Source of the DNA: a virus
Taxonomy: Duplodnaviria; Heunggongvirae; Uroviricota; Caudoviricetes
DNA length: 10,926 nucleotides
Reading direction: 5' to 3' (one strand)
IMG/VR virus record: IMGVR_UViG_2728369607_000012
Location: 1-10,926 of that record
Each line of letters begins with the position of its first letter. Position 1 is the first letter of the stretch. Both the position numbers and the translations under genes were made by a program. Shown here one piece after another: positions 1 to 7,560 of this stretch. The notes under the pieces were generated by a model. That model saw nothing but the letters and a program-made list of their open reading frames with translations, did not search any database and was not told where the DNA came from.

Positions 1-34
1 TTTCCGGCTATCCGTTATGAAGCTGGTGGATGTT

Positions 35-85
35 CCCCGATATGGGGATCCCCATAACGGGGCTACCGGATTTTTTTCCGGTTAA
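35..85 (+). terminator. Paired CCCC-N5-GGGG hairpins followed by ACCGGA-T7-TCCGGT; possible terminator of an upstream plus-strand gene
   Basis: Imperfect 28-bp palindrome at 35-62 (ccccgatatgggga / tccccataacgggg), then accgga-ttttttt-ccggt at 65-83. Confidence 0.25.
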
Positions 86-342
86 CCTTTAATCAGGCTG
101 GTGGGTCTTACATACCCTTGATCACCGTAATGATGATCCAGATGTGCACCTTTTCCACCAATGGCGGAAAAGCTCCAACCGTAACGATGATCGCTATGGT
201 TGCCTCGATGGTCTGCGTGGTCATTATGACCATTCAGCCAGTGACCTTAATCAGAATTTTTCGCTAAAAAATGACGTTGGCCACGTCATCCGGAAAGCAC
301 AAAATCACGTCGATTTTTAATGAACGGTTAAACCGTCTTTTT

Positions 343-377
343 GTCACGGTGTGTCACTGGTTGTCACTCTCCGTCAC
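343..377. promoter_or_regulatory. Four GTCAC pentamers at exact 10-bp phasing (candidate protein-binding array)
   Basis: GTCAC at 343-347, 353-357, 363-367 and 373-377; nearby palindromes at 270-286 and 324-337. Confidence 0.35.
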
Positions 378-406
378 GATTGAGGTGGTGCTCATTCTGC
401 CCGACC

Positions 407-629
407 GCGCATTTTTGCGCTATCGGGAATATAAAACAGTTACCGCGCCGACTTCCTCAAATTGAGGTTTCCGAAAATATCAACTAGTTAACGATAAACT
501 GGCGAGTAATTAAACTACGAAAATTTCGTAGTTTGTGAATATATTCCGGCCTGCTGGTTAACAGTCCTCAGATGTGAGGGATGTAGCCAGCGCAATTTTG
601 CGTTATCGGGAATATCAAACAGTTACCGC
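407..629. repeat. Two 40-bp direct repeats (407-446 and 590-629, 37/40 identical) flanking small palindromes
   Basis: gcgcatttttgcgctatcgggaatataaaacagttaccgc versus gcgcaattttgcgttatcgggaatatcaaacagttaccgc. Between them lie hairpin-like sites CCTCA-N3-TGAGG (455-467) and CCTCA-N4-TGAGG (566-579) and a 23-bp perfect palindrome (512-534). Confidence 0.75.
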
Positions 630-674
630 CGTCAGCTACCCAGCTCAGAATTGAGCCGCCTTTTAATCAACAAG

Positions 675-965
675 TTACCGCCGTAACCGCCGTAACCGCT
701 CCGGCTTCTTCCAGTGGTACGTGATTTTCTCCTTCTCCCGATACAGTTCAACGCGGCGATTGTAGGCCAGCATTTCCAGAACGCGGATCCGTATGTCGCG
801 CATATCCGCATCATTAAGCTGGATACCATCACGGCGCATCACCTCAGCAACAACACGCGCATAATTTTCGGCTGTCACGCTGTCCGGCTGCGTGGTCTGT
901 TCGTCAGCCTGCTGGCTGATTCCAGAGACGCGGCGGATTAATCGCAGTATTTCGGCTTCTGTCAT
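675..965 (-). CDS. Hypothetical protein (96 aa) with Arg-rich C-terminus (RLRRLRR)
   Basis: ATG at 965 preceded by GAGGT with a 7-nt spacer; starts 13 nt after the TerL stop; C-terminus is encoded by three tandem 9-bp GTAACCGCC-like repeats at 674-700. No family recognised. Confidence 0.5.
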   Translation of the reverse strand: MTEAEILRLIRRVSGISQQADEQTTQPDSVTAENYARVVAEVMRRDGIQLNDADMRDIRIRVLEMLAYNRRVELYREKEKITYHWKKPERLRRLRR

Positions 966-978
966 GCTGCTGACCTCA

Positions 979-2640
979 TTACACCCCGCTAAATTCTTCC
1001 AGTTTCTGGCGGTGGCTGTCGCTTATATCAAAAGCAAAATCCTCATGCTCTGCCTGGAATGTACCAAACGCCATCAGCGCCGCTACGCTCGGGTCTATCT
1101 TGTTCGGTGATTTTTTCTTGTTCGGCTTGATATTGGCGTTCGCGTCACTCTGCATCACGACGTTACTCATCGACCAGGACAACACCGGATCGCCACGATG
1201 CACAATCACCCTGCGGTTAACAAAAACTTCGAACGATTTCGCCGCCGGACTGAATCTGAGGTAGGTTTGCGGGAACGGCTCCACCTCAAAACCAGCCCCC
1301 TGTAATTGCGTCCTGAGATGCGTGGCGTTCCACGTATCAAAGCCCACCAGCCTGATATTAAATTTCTCCGCATCCTGCATGATGTCATCTCTGATCCGGT
1401 CGTAATCAATGCAGTCACCTGGCGTTGTGCGTATCCAGCCCGCTTTAGCCCACTGGCGATAGACAGCGCGGTTTTTATTGGCGGGGTTCTGTAGCTGGAA
1501 CTCCGGCAGATAATGACGGGAAACCAGCATGATATTTTTACCGACCGGAAAGGCATAGCACACGCTGGAAATATCGCTGGTTGATGATAAGTCCAGCCCC
1601 GCGTAACACTCCTGCCCGTGTAAATCTTCCTCCGTGAACGTTCCGGCACACTCAGCCCATGCGCCGTTACCCATCCACGGGGTAGCCCCCTGGCACCAGA
1701 TATTAAATCGCTTTGTCATCATCTCCACCCATTGCGACGGAATACCCCGCGCTTTCTGGATGGTTGAGGCCAGTTTTTCACGATCCACGGAAACATCGAT
1801 GTTAGGGTTAGCCTTTATCCACATCGCCGGATCATCAACCTCGTTTTCGTCGTCCAGCTCGTAAATCAGCACAAAAATTGAATCGTTGACCTCTTCGCCG
1901 TCCAGGATCTGGCAGCAATAATCATAGTGCTGCTTACAGGCTGAAACGACGTTACTGCCCGATGTGGTAATGGCAAATAACAGCCCTTCGGGACGTGCGC
2001 CCATCCCCAGCTCAAGCGCGGAATAAACGCCGTTATCGGGGTGTAGGTGGTATTCGTCCACGATGGAAAGGCTTGGGTTTGTGCCCTCGATGGTTGCCGC
2101 TTTTGCTGCCAGCGGCTTTAACAGGCTGTTGCTTTTCGGGTGCATCACCTTGTGGGCCTGAATATTCACCCGCCTGCGTAACGGTCGGGATAAAAGGCAC
2201 ATCTGACGCGCATCATCAAAAACGATCCGCGCCTGGTCACGGCTCACCGCTGCGGTGTAAATATCCTGCTGCCCGTTCTCCATAATCAGAAACCAGTTAG
2301 CCAGAATCGCGGCGGTCGTGGATTTCGCATTTTTGCGCGGCACTTCGATAAAGGCGCTCGTGTATTTGCGCCGTCCGGTGGCCTTAACCTTAAAGCCGAG
2401 GATGCACGCAAAGGCGAACTGCTGCCACGGCTCCAGCTCAATGGATCTGCCACGCATCGGCCCTTTTACGTGCGGGCACACCCTGGAAAAGGCAATAAAC
2501 CGCTCCACAACCTCACGATCGAACGTGTAAAGGGGGCTTTCAAGGTCCGAAAAGTACCGTTTAACGGCCTGTTTCAGCCGTTTACAGGCCGGAATTTTGC
2601 CCGTTTTTACGTCTTCTGCGTACTTATTCCAGGCGGTCAA
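979..2640 (-). CDS. terL: Terminase large subunit (553 aa)
   Basis: Size, N-terminal pattern (AWNKYAEDVKTGKIPACKRLKQAVKRYFSDLE) and position directly after terS are typical of HK97/lambda-type TerL. Start codon is TTG at 2638-2640, preceded by AGAGGA with a 5-nt spacer; overlaps terS by 17 nt. Confidence 0.9.
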   Translation of the reverse strand: MTAWNKYAEDVKTGKIPACKRLKQAVKRYFSDLESPLYTFDREVVERFIAFSRVCPHVKGPMRGRSIELEPWQQFAFACILGFKVKATGRRKYTSAFIEVPRKNAKSTTAAILANWFLIMENGQQDIYTAAVSRDQARIVFDDARQMCLLSRPLRRRVNIQAHKVMHPKSNSLLKPLAAKAATIEGTNPSLSIVDEYHLHPDNGVYSALELGMGARPEGLLFAITTSGSNVVSACKQHYDYCCQILDGEEVNDSIFVLIYELDDENEVDDPAMWIKANPNIDVSVDREKLASTIQKARGIPSQWVEMMTKRFNIWCQGATPWMGNGAWAECAGTFTEEDLHGQECYAGLDLSSTSDISSVCYAFPVGKNIMLVSRHYLPEFQLQNPANKNRAVYRQWAKAGWIRTTPGDCIDYDRIRDDIMQDAEKFNIRLVGFDTWNATHLRTQLQGAGFEVEPFPQTYLRFSPAAKSFEVFVNRRVIVHRGDPVLSWSMSNVVMQSDANANIKPNKKKSPNKIDPSVAALMAFGTFQAEHEDFAFDISDSHRQKLEEFSGV

Positions 2641-2980
2641 GCTCGTCCTCTTCTTCTGTTTCCGGTGGATTTTTACGGCGGCTTATCGGGTCAAAACCGA
2701 GCAAGGAGGCCATTTTTATCATCACTCTTTCAGCGTCGGATTTTGCGCTTAATGCGGGGTTTCTGCTCTCGCCGCCCTGACTGTTAACAATGCTGAACCC
2801 GCGCGCCGCAAGGTCTGCAACGGCTTTCCGGTAAATGGAGTAGTTGACACAATACAGTTCCAGATTGCTCCAGTCGGCGGGGGTCAGGTCTCCCCGTTCC
2901 GCAAGCTGCCTAGATTTTTCCCGCCACTGCTTCACGGCGATATCATCCAGGTAGGCGGGGGCTTTCGGTGGTCTTGACAT
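2624..2980 (-). CDS. terS: Terminase small subunit, P27-like (118 aa)
   Basis: N-terminus MSRPPKAPAYLDDIAVKQWREK...LELYCVNYSIYRKA resembles P27-family small terminases; acidic C-terminus; sits immediately upstream of and overlaps terL. Confidence 0.8.
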   Translation of the reverse strand: MSRPPKAPAYLDDIAVKQWREKSRQLAERGDLTPADWSNLELYCVNYSIYRKAVADLAARGFSIVNSQGGESRNPALSAKSDAERVMIKMASLLGFDPISRRKNPPETEEEDELDRLE

Positions 2981-3269
2981 GCTTATTTTTTCGCCAGATT
3001 ATTTTTCAAAAAATTCCCGTGCATAAAAATTTGAGGAGGCGTTCGGTGCCCGGCGGGGTCGGGTTTGTCCTGAAAACGCCCCCCACCCCGTCATACAGCC
3101 TCATCAGCGATTGCGGAAACATTCCATAACCTCGCGGTCACGGTCGGTTAATCGCTTCGCTGTGATGCGTTCTGCGCGTCCTGACGCTTTATCTTTATGC
3201 CCTGTTTCCTGTGTCTTCCATGCGTCACGCTGCCTTATAAGTCCACGGATAAGGCGGTTTTGTTCCCGC
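2981..3269 (-). promoter_or_regulatory. Candidate cos / packaging-initiation region (HNH-terS intergenic spacer)
   Basis: 289-bp non-coding gap in an otherwise tightly coupled operon; GC-rich core (ggtgcccggcggggtcgggtttgtcctgaaaacgccccccaccccg, about 3038-3090) flanked by AT-rich sequence. Position between HNH and terS matches where HK97-type cos sites lie. Confidence 0.3.
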
Positions 3270-3710
3270 TCATTCATCAGCGTCATACATCCAGTTATTG
3301 CGGTTAGCGGCCCGTTCTTCCTCTTCACGAAATCCACCTGCGGCACGCTTGCTTTTTGTTGCCGGATCAAGCCATTTCGTTTTCTGGTTATGACACGCCT
3401 GGCACAATGGTTGATGGTTCCATTCGGGCCAGAAGAGAACATCATCACCGCCATTAATCGGGATAATGTGATCCACCACCACGGCGGGCGTATATATCCC
3501 CTTCTCAAGGCATCGCACGCATAACGGGTTTTTACTCAGATACATGGCGCGGTATTTGTCCCACTGTCTGGAATATCCACGCGCGCGGCGGTGTCCTCGT
3601 CTGGCATCCTCTGCACGCCATGCTGCCCGCCTGTGCTCCTCACACTTGCCGGATTTAACGCGCCTGTTACAGCCTGGTTCTGTGCATCGTCTTAATGGTT
3701 GCCACGGCAT
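3270..3710 (-). CDS. HNH endonuclease (146 aa), terminase-associated
   Basis: Cys/His zinc-finger-like N-terminus (CTEPGCNRRVKSGKCEEH) and HNH-type motif (VVDHIIPINGGDD...NHQPLCQACHNQKT); located directly upstream of terS; start overlaps connector stop (TGATG). Confidence 0.85.
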   Translation of the reverse strand: MPWQPLRRCTEPGCNRRVKSGKCEEHRRAAWRAEDARRGHRRARGYSRQWDKYRAMYLSKNPLCVRCLEKGIYTPAVVVDHIIPINGGDDVLFWPEWNHQPLCQACHNQKTKWLDPATKSKRAAGGFREEEERAANRNNWMYDADE

Positions 3711-4006
3711 CAGTACACCCCCACATCACGGTAAGCCGTCCAGAGTGCGCCAATCGTCATGGGTACGCGTGTTTTTGCGTTATCCGCGACAATCTGGCGA
3801 TTCTCATACAGGTGAGCGATAAACATCATGCAGCCAATCTTTATGGCTGGCGTGAACTCCAGCCCGTCATCAAAGCGCCTGCCTATGTGTATCTGGCACG
3901 CCTCAAGCGATGCGGCAATGTATCCGCTGATTAACTGGTCTTCCTCGTCTCCATCGATACGGCAATGGAGTTTCACTTCTTCCAGGGTGATAAGTTCTTC
4001 TGTCAT
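3710..4006 (-). CDS. Head-tail connector protein, gp6-like (98 aa)
   Basis: Size and sequence character (MTEELITLEEVKLHCRIDGDEEDQLISGYIAA...) typical of gp6-like connector proteins; ATGA start/stop overlap with the upstream gene. Confidence 0.7.
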   Translation of the reverse strand: MTEELITLEEVKLHCRIDGDEEDQLISGYIAASLEACQIHIGRRFDDGLEFTPAIKIGCMMFIAHLYENRQIVADNAKTRVPMTIGALWTAYRDVGVY

Positions 4007-4341
4007 TTTTCCGCGCCCTCACGACAAAGAATTTCAAGGCGTGTCCTGGCGACATCCGGCAACGGCTGCCCGATGATATTCAGTACACGCCCCGCCAGCG
4101 GCCCCGTACTGACCTTTATCCGGCTGGTGGCGTTGATGTCCTTCCGGTACCGTATCCAGATCCTTACGGTACCAATCGCCAGCTCTGCGCCCGATGAAAT
4201 GGCCTCCTTGCTGCTGATCATGTTCACGCTTGCCCAGAGTGTGTGACCGTCCTCCCACGTTTCGAGTATTTCGCCCGTCATGGCTCTGGTCTGTTTCAGG
4301 GTCTGAATCGTTATCCTGTCACGCAGTCGCCCTATGTTCAT
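4003..4341 (-). CDS. Head-tail adaptor / head closure protein (112 aa)
   Basis: Sequence resembles phage head-tail joining family proteins. Start chosen at ATG 4339-4341 (ATGA overlap with portal stop, GGGAGA upstream) rather than the longer form from 4383. Confidence 0.7.
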   Translation of the reverse strand: MNIGRLRDRITIQTLKQTRAMTGEILETWEDGHTLWASVNMISSKEAISSGAELAIGTVRIWIRYRKDINATSRIKVSTGPLAGRVLNIIGQPLPDVARTRLEILCREGAEK

Positions 4342-5549
4342 TCCGGTTTTTCTCCCTCGCTGATTTTTACTTCCTGTTTCCATGCCTGACTGAACTCATC
4401 ACCACCATCACGCGGTGACAGTCCTTCACGTTCGCGGGCTTCGTTCGGGCACATAACGCCGGATTTGATGCCGCACTCATAGGTGGCAAAGCGTTCGCCA
4501 GGTGTGGCCCGTAACAGGTCCGCGCTGTCAAACTCCACCTGATACCGGATACCAGGTACAGGCGAGGCCACCAGCAGGGCGTTTTTTATCTGCTGCTCAA
4601 AGTTCGCCAGCCACGGGCGCATCGTCATGGTGAGAAATGCGCGGCTTGCCTCGCTGAAATTGCTGTAGGTGCTGTTGCTGTATTCCTGCAAAAAAATCGG
4701 CGAGACGTTGAACATTCGGGCGATGTCTTCAATGGTAAAGCGACGGGAGGCCAGCCATTCAGCATCCTGATTACTCATGCCCAGCTGCTGATAGCTCATC
4801 CCCCCTTCAAGGATGGGCGTTTTTCCGGCGTTTCTGGCCCCTTTGTAGCGTTCCAGTGCGGCTAATGCCTGTTTGCCCTTCACGCCGTCCAGCCATTCGC
4901 CTGACGTGATAACCCCTGCCGCCATCATGCCATCACGCATCACGCTCGCGCCGTGGCGTTGTTGGGCCAGCCCAAGCCCCAGCGATTCGCGGCAGATGGT
5001 TACAGGTGAGCGCCCCATAAAGCCGTCATCCGTGGAGTAACGAAGGTGAAGTACTTCCCACGGTAAATAGTTGTGGGTGTTTCCGGTGTAGGCGTCAGTG
5101 ATGCAATAGCGCCAGTTGTGTTCGCCTGTCTGCTCCACGTTCACCGACTGCGGCGGGTAAGGATGTAAAGCCGCCGGAAAACCATCACGCCCCCACTGAA
5201 TAACCGCATAAGCATTACCGTTTAACAGGCAGTGGCGGATCATCATTCGCTTAAACTGGTAGGGGGTTTGCCATGCGTTCGGGCGCTCGTTGAGGATGTG
5301 ATCGACCGGATGAGAATCAAGCCACTCGCGGGCCTCCTTCCCCTTCTCATTGCGTACCAGGTACAGGTAGCATGGCATAGTAGCCACCGCCTCAGAGATG
5401 ACCGTAACGGCGTTCATGACGGCAGGCAGTGATTCCGCTGTCCCCGATGATACGTACTCACCCGCCCCCGTGTTCGATGTGCCAGCCAGCGCCATAAATT
5501 CATCAAGCGTCATGCTGCGCTGCTCTTTTTTTCTTCTGAAAGGCCACAT
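4338..5549 (-). CDS. Portal protein, HK97-type (403 aa)
   Basis: Size and sequence typical of HK97-family portal proteins; flanked by prohead protease and head-tail adaptor genes. Confidence 0.88.
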   Translation of the reverse strand: MWPFRRKKEQRSMTLDEFMALAGTSNTGAGEYVSSGTAESLPAVMNAVTVISEAVATMPCYLYLVRNEKGKEAREWLDSHPVDHILNERPNAWQTPYQFKRMMIRHCLLNGNAYAVIQWGRDGFPAALHPYPPQSVNVEQTGEHNWRYCITDAYTGNTHNYLPWEVLHLRYSTDDGFMGRSPVTICRESLGLGLAQQRHGASVMRDGMMAAGVITSGEWLDGVKGKQALAALERYKGARNAGKTPILEGGMSYQQLGMSNQDAEWLASRRFTIEDIARMFNVSPIFLQEYSNSTYSNFSEASRAFLTMTMRPWLANFEQQIKNALLVASPVPGIRYQVEFDSADLLRATPGERFATYECGIKSGVMCPNEAREREGLSPRDGGDEFSQAWKQEVKISEGEKPE

Positions 5550-5550
5550 A

Positions 5551-6123
5551 TCACACCCCCGCTAAATCCACCCACCAGCGGCGATTATCCGCACGCGGCA
5601 TTTTTTCGGGGTGCTGCTCATACAGGGAACGGCGGGCCAGCTCCACGCCGGAATCGGGGTAAGCCGGTACCGATGTAACGGTAATTTCGTACAGTTCCGC
5701 CACCAGCACGGTGCGCACGCATGGATCTGTTGTGGTATCCCATACATCCTTACGGGAGCGAAAGCCAAAGCTCATGCCGGATATATCACCACGTTTAACC
5801 AGTTCGATAACGTCGCGCCCTGTACTGGTATCCGGTGGGGTCAGTTCAAAGCGTAACCCTGTTTCATCCTCTTCCAGTTTCAGCGTGCCGGAACGGGTGC
5901 GCCCCAGTAACATACTGTGGTCATGCTCATACAGGCCGCGAACGTCATTACCCGCCGCAAGCCATTCAGTAAACGCCCCCCGCTGGAATTTTTCGTAAAA
6001 CTCACCCCATAACAGTTCTGAAAGCTTATCCCAGCGAACAACGTAGCCTGTAAGCGTGTTGCTGCCGCTGGTGGTGATTTCCGATGACCGGATTTCCATA
6101 CTCTTCATAATTTTTTCACCCAT
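5551..6123 (-). CDS. Prohead maturation protease, HK97-type (190 aa; exact start uncertain)
   Basis: Sequence typical of HK97-family prohead proteases; sits between major capsid and portal genes. Three ATGs within the first nine codons make the start ambiguous. Confidence 0.82.
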   Translation of the reverse strand: MGEKIMKSMEIRSSEITTSGSNTLTGYVVRWDKLSELLWGEFYEKFQRGAFTEWLAAGNDVRGLYEHDHSMLLGRTRSGTLKLEEDETGLRFELTPPDTSTGRDVIELVKRGDISGMSFGFRSRKDVWDTTTDPCVRTVLVAELYEITVTSVPAYPDSGVELARRSLYEQHPEKMPRADNRRWWVDLAGV

Positions 6124-6133
6124 AAAACACTAA

Positions 6134-6151
6134 AGGGGCTTTTAAGCCCCT
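6134..6151 (-). terminator. Stem-loop plus U-rich tract between capsid and protease genes (partial terminator / attenuator)
   Basis: On the minus strand: AGGGGCTT-AAAA-GCCCCT-type hairpin followed by TTAGTGTTTT immediately before the protease ATG. Confidence 0.35.
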
Positions 6152-6162
6152 TCTGTATGCTG

Positions 6163-7320
6163 TTAATCGTCGTCCTGTGGCAGTTCCAGAATCTTGATCG
6201 CGTTCGAATCCACCACGCCACCGCCTAAATATTTCTGCGTGAAAATTTTGATGAAACCCGGCTCTGTGAGGTTGTCCGGTCTGGTGCGAACACCTGTTTC
6301 GTGATCAACAATGTAGTAACCGCGTTTGAAGTCACCCAGGGCAATAACGTTATCAGGCATAAACTCCAGATATTCGACCGGAAGGCCCAGCAACGTATCA
6401 GGATCACCCGCCTGTAAACGGTCACGCCAGATGTAATCACCGTTCGCGTTCTTCACCTTCTGGAGTTTTGCCGCCGTCGTGGAGTTAACCACCCAGACCG
6501 CGTTTTTGCGGTATTTTTTACGTAATGCAAATTTCAGGTCGATCAGCGGGTCCGCAGATGTCCACGCCAGAGATTCGGAAGGTTTAATTACCTGCAACGT
6601 ACCAAAATCACGCTCTTTGTCGTTCTTCTCTGCACGGGGTACGGATAAAAAACCTTTTGCTTTTTTGTCACCGTCGCCCACAACCAGATCGCTTTCTTCG
6701 GTTTCCGTGAAGGTGTCGCCAATCTCACCCGTCAGCCATGAAAGGATGTCCACATCGGAAAAATCCACGATTTCCTGTGTGGTGCGCGGGTACGCATAGA
6801 CCGGATACAGCTTAATGCTCACCTCGTTAATCTGCGGGGTGCTGGTCTGTTCGCGTGCCTTACCCTCTTCACCGTGGTTAACGGTCGCACCGCCAGCGGA
6901 AACAAGCTGCTTAAACTCGTTGCTGCTGATTTTTTTCACGGTACAGATGCGGCGCATGGTGGACTCATCCGCCAGCATTCGCATGATTTCGGTGTTCAGT
7001 TCGGGGATAACGGTATAACCACCATCAGCGGGAACGCCTGTACTTAATGCGCGGGTTTCACCTGTCAGAATGTAGCTGCGTAGTTCTGCGGGGTCAGTGG
7101 TCTGGCTGCTTTTACCTGGCTTGCTGCGCTCTTCGTCTGCAATGGCTTCAAGGCGGGAAATGTCTTTATCGAGGGATTCAGCTTTAGCGCGTAATTCGTC
7201 AAATTTTGCGCCCTCAGCATCGTTAAGACTGCGGTTTTCTTTTTCCGCGTTCTCCAGCATGTCGCGCATCTGATTTTTAATGGCGGTTTTCTGCTGGCGT
7301 AATTCGATTATTCTCGGCAT
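6163..7320 (-). CDS. Major capsid protein, HK97-type (385 aa)
   Basis: Size typical of HK97-fold capsid proteins; N-terminal region rich in charged, coiled-coil-like sequence (delta/scaffold-like domain); followed by protease and portal genes. Confidence 0.88.
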   Translation of the reverse strand: MPRIIELRQQKTAIKNQMRDMLENAEKENRSLNDAEGAKFDELRAKAESLDKDISRLEAIADEERSKPGKSSQTTDPAELRSYILTGETRALSTGVPADGGYTVIPELNTEIMRMLADESTMRRICTVKKISSNEFKQLVSAGGATVNHGEEGKAREQTSTPQINEVSIKLYPVYAYPRTTQEIVDFSDVDILSWLTGEIGDTFTETEESDLVVGDGDKKAKGFLSVPRAEKNDKERDFGTLQVIKPSESLAWTSADPLIDLKFALRKKYRKNAVWVVNSTTAAKLQKVKNANGDYIWRDRLQAGDPDTLLGLPVEYLEFMPDNVIALGDFKRGYYIVDHETGVRTRPDNLTEPGFIKIFTQKYLGGGVVDSNAIKILELPQDDD

Positions 7321-7357
7321 AAAAAAAGTCCTGGGGTTAAGTAAGGAACTCCAGGAC
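7321..7357 (-). promoter_or_regulatory. Terminator-like hairpin plus U7 abutting the capsid start codon
   Basis: Minus strand reads GTCCTGG-AGTTCCTTACTTAACC-CCAGGAC then TTTTTTT then ATG. The only SD-like AGGA lies inside the 3' arm of the stem. Confidence 0.4.
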
Positions 7358-7410
7358 GCGGCAAAAACTCAACCGTTTTTCATAAGGGAATCAGCAATCG
7401 CACCGATCGT

Positions 7411-7458
7411 TTTCCCGCCTGGTAATGAATATTGGCGAGCACATTAACAGGCGGGAAA
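7411..7458 (-). repeat. Inverted repeat in capsid-operon leader (11-bp perfect arms, extendable to 17 bp with one mismatch)
   Basis: tttcccgcctg (7411-7421) and caggcgggaaa (7448-7458) are exact reverse complements. Confidence 0.6.
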
Positions 7459-7504
7459 GTGGCCCCAGCGTCCTGGCACCACGGGCGAGAATAATCATGA
7501 TTCA

Positions 7505-7560
7505 GTTCGGGTAAAATATGCCGATCCGCTCAGTGAACAACGTGGAACAACCACGAACAA
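7505..7560 (-). promoter_or_regulatory. Candidate promoter / activator site for the capsid operon: three helically phased TTGTTC hexamers
   Basis: On the minus strand TTGTTC recurs three times at exactly 10-bp spacing (plus-strand GAACAA at 7535-7540, 7545-7550, 7555-7560). The last copy sits 16 bp upstream of a TATTTT -10-like hexamer (plus 7513-7518). Confidence 0.3.

Noticed and set aside
271-465. Plus-strand 64-aa ORF in the left repeat region
   Set aside because: Runs through the GTCAC pentamers and a 40-bp direct repeat, with no RBS and opposite to all other genes; likely spurious.
632-832. Minus-strand 66-aa ORF overlapping the 675..965 gene in another frame
   Set aside because: Nested alternative frame, with its start partly encoded by the 9-bp tandem repeat; the 675..965 frame has the better RBS and operon context.
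1206-1649. Minus-strand ORF of 147 aa in an alternative frame inside terL
   Set aside because: Fully nested within the TerL reading frame; Arg/Ser-rich composition typical of an out-of-frame artefact.
1995-2787. Plus-strand ORFs of 70-105 aa (1995..2285, 2318..2530, 2470..2787) inside the terL/terS region
   Set aside because: They lie antisense to confidently recognised terminase genes and have no recognisable signals; treated as shadow ORFs of a GC-biased coding region.
3104-3524. ORFs 3104..3508 (-) and 3111..3524 (+) spanning the HNH 3' end and the HNH-terS spacer
   Set aside because: Both overlap the HNH gene out of frame; the spacer is better explained as a non-coding cos/regulatory region.
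4003-4383. Longer 126-aa form of the head-tail adaptor starting at 4383
   Set aside because: It would overlap the portal gene by 46 nt with a weak RBS; the internal ATG at 4341 gives an ATGA overlap and a GGGAGA RBS, so the shorter form is preferred. The longer form is not excluded.
5562-6440. Alternative-frame ORFs inside the protease and capsid genes (5562..5768 -, 5611..5856 +, 5711..5998 +, 6225..6440 -)
   Set aside because: Nested in or antisense to recognisable structural genes; no independent support.
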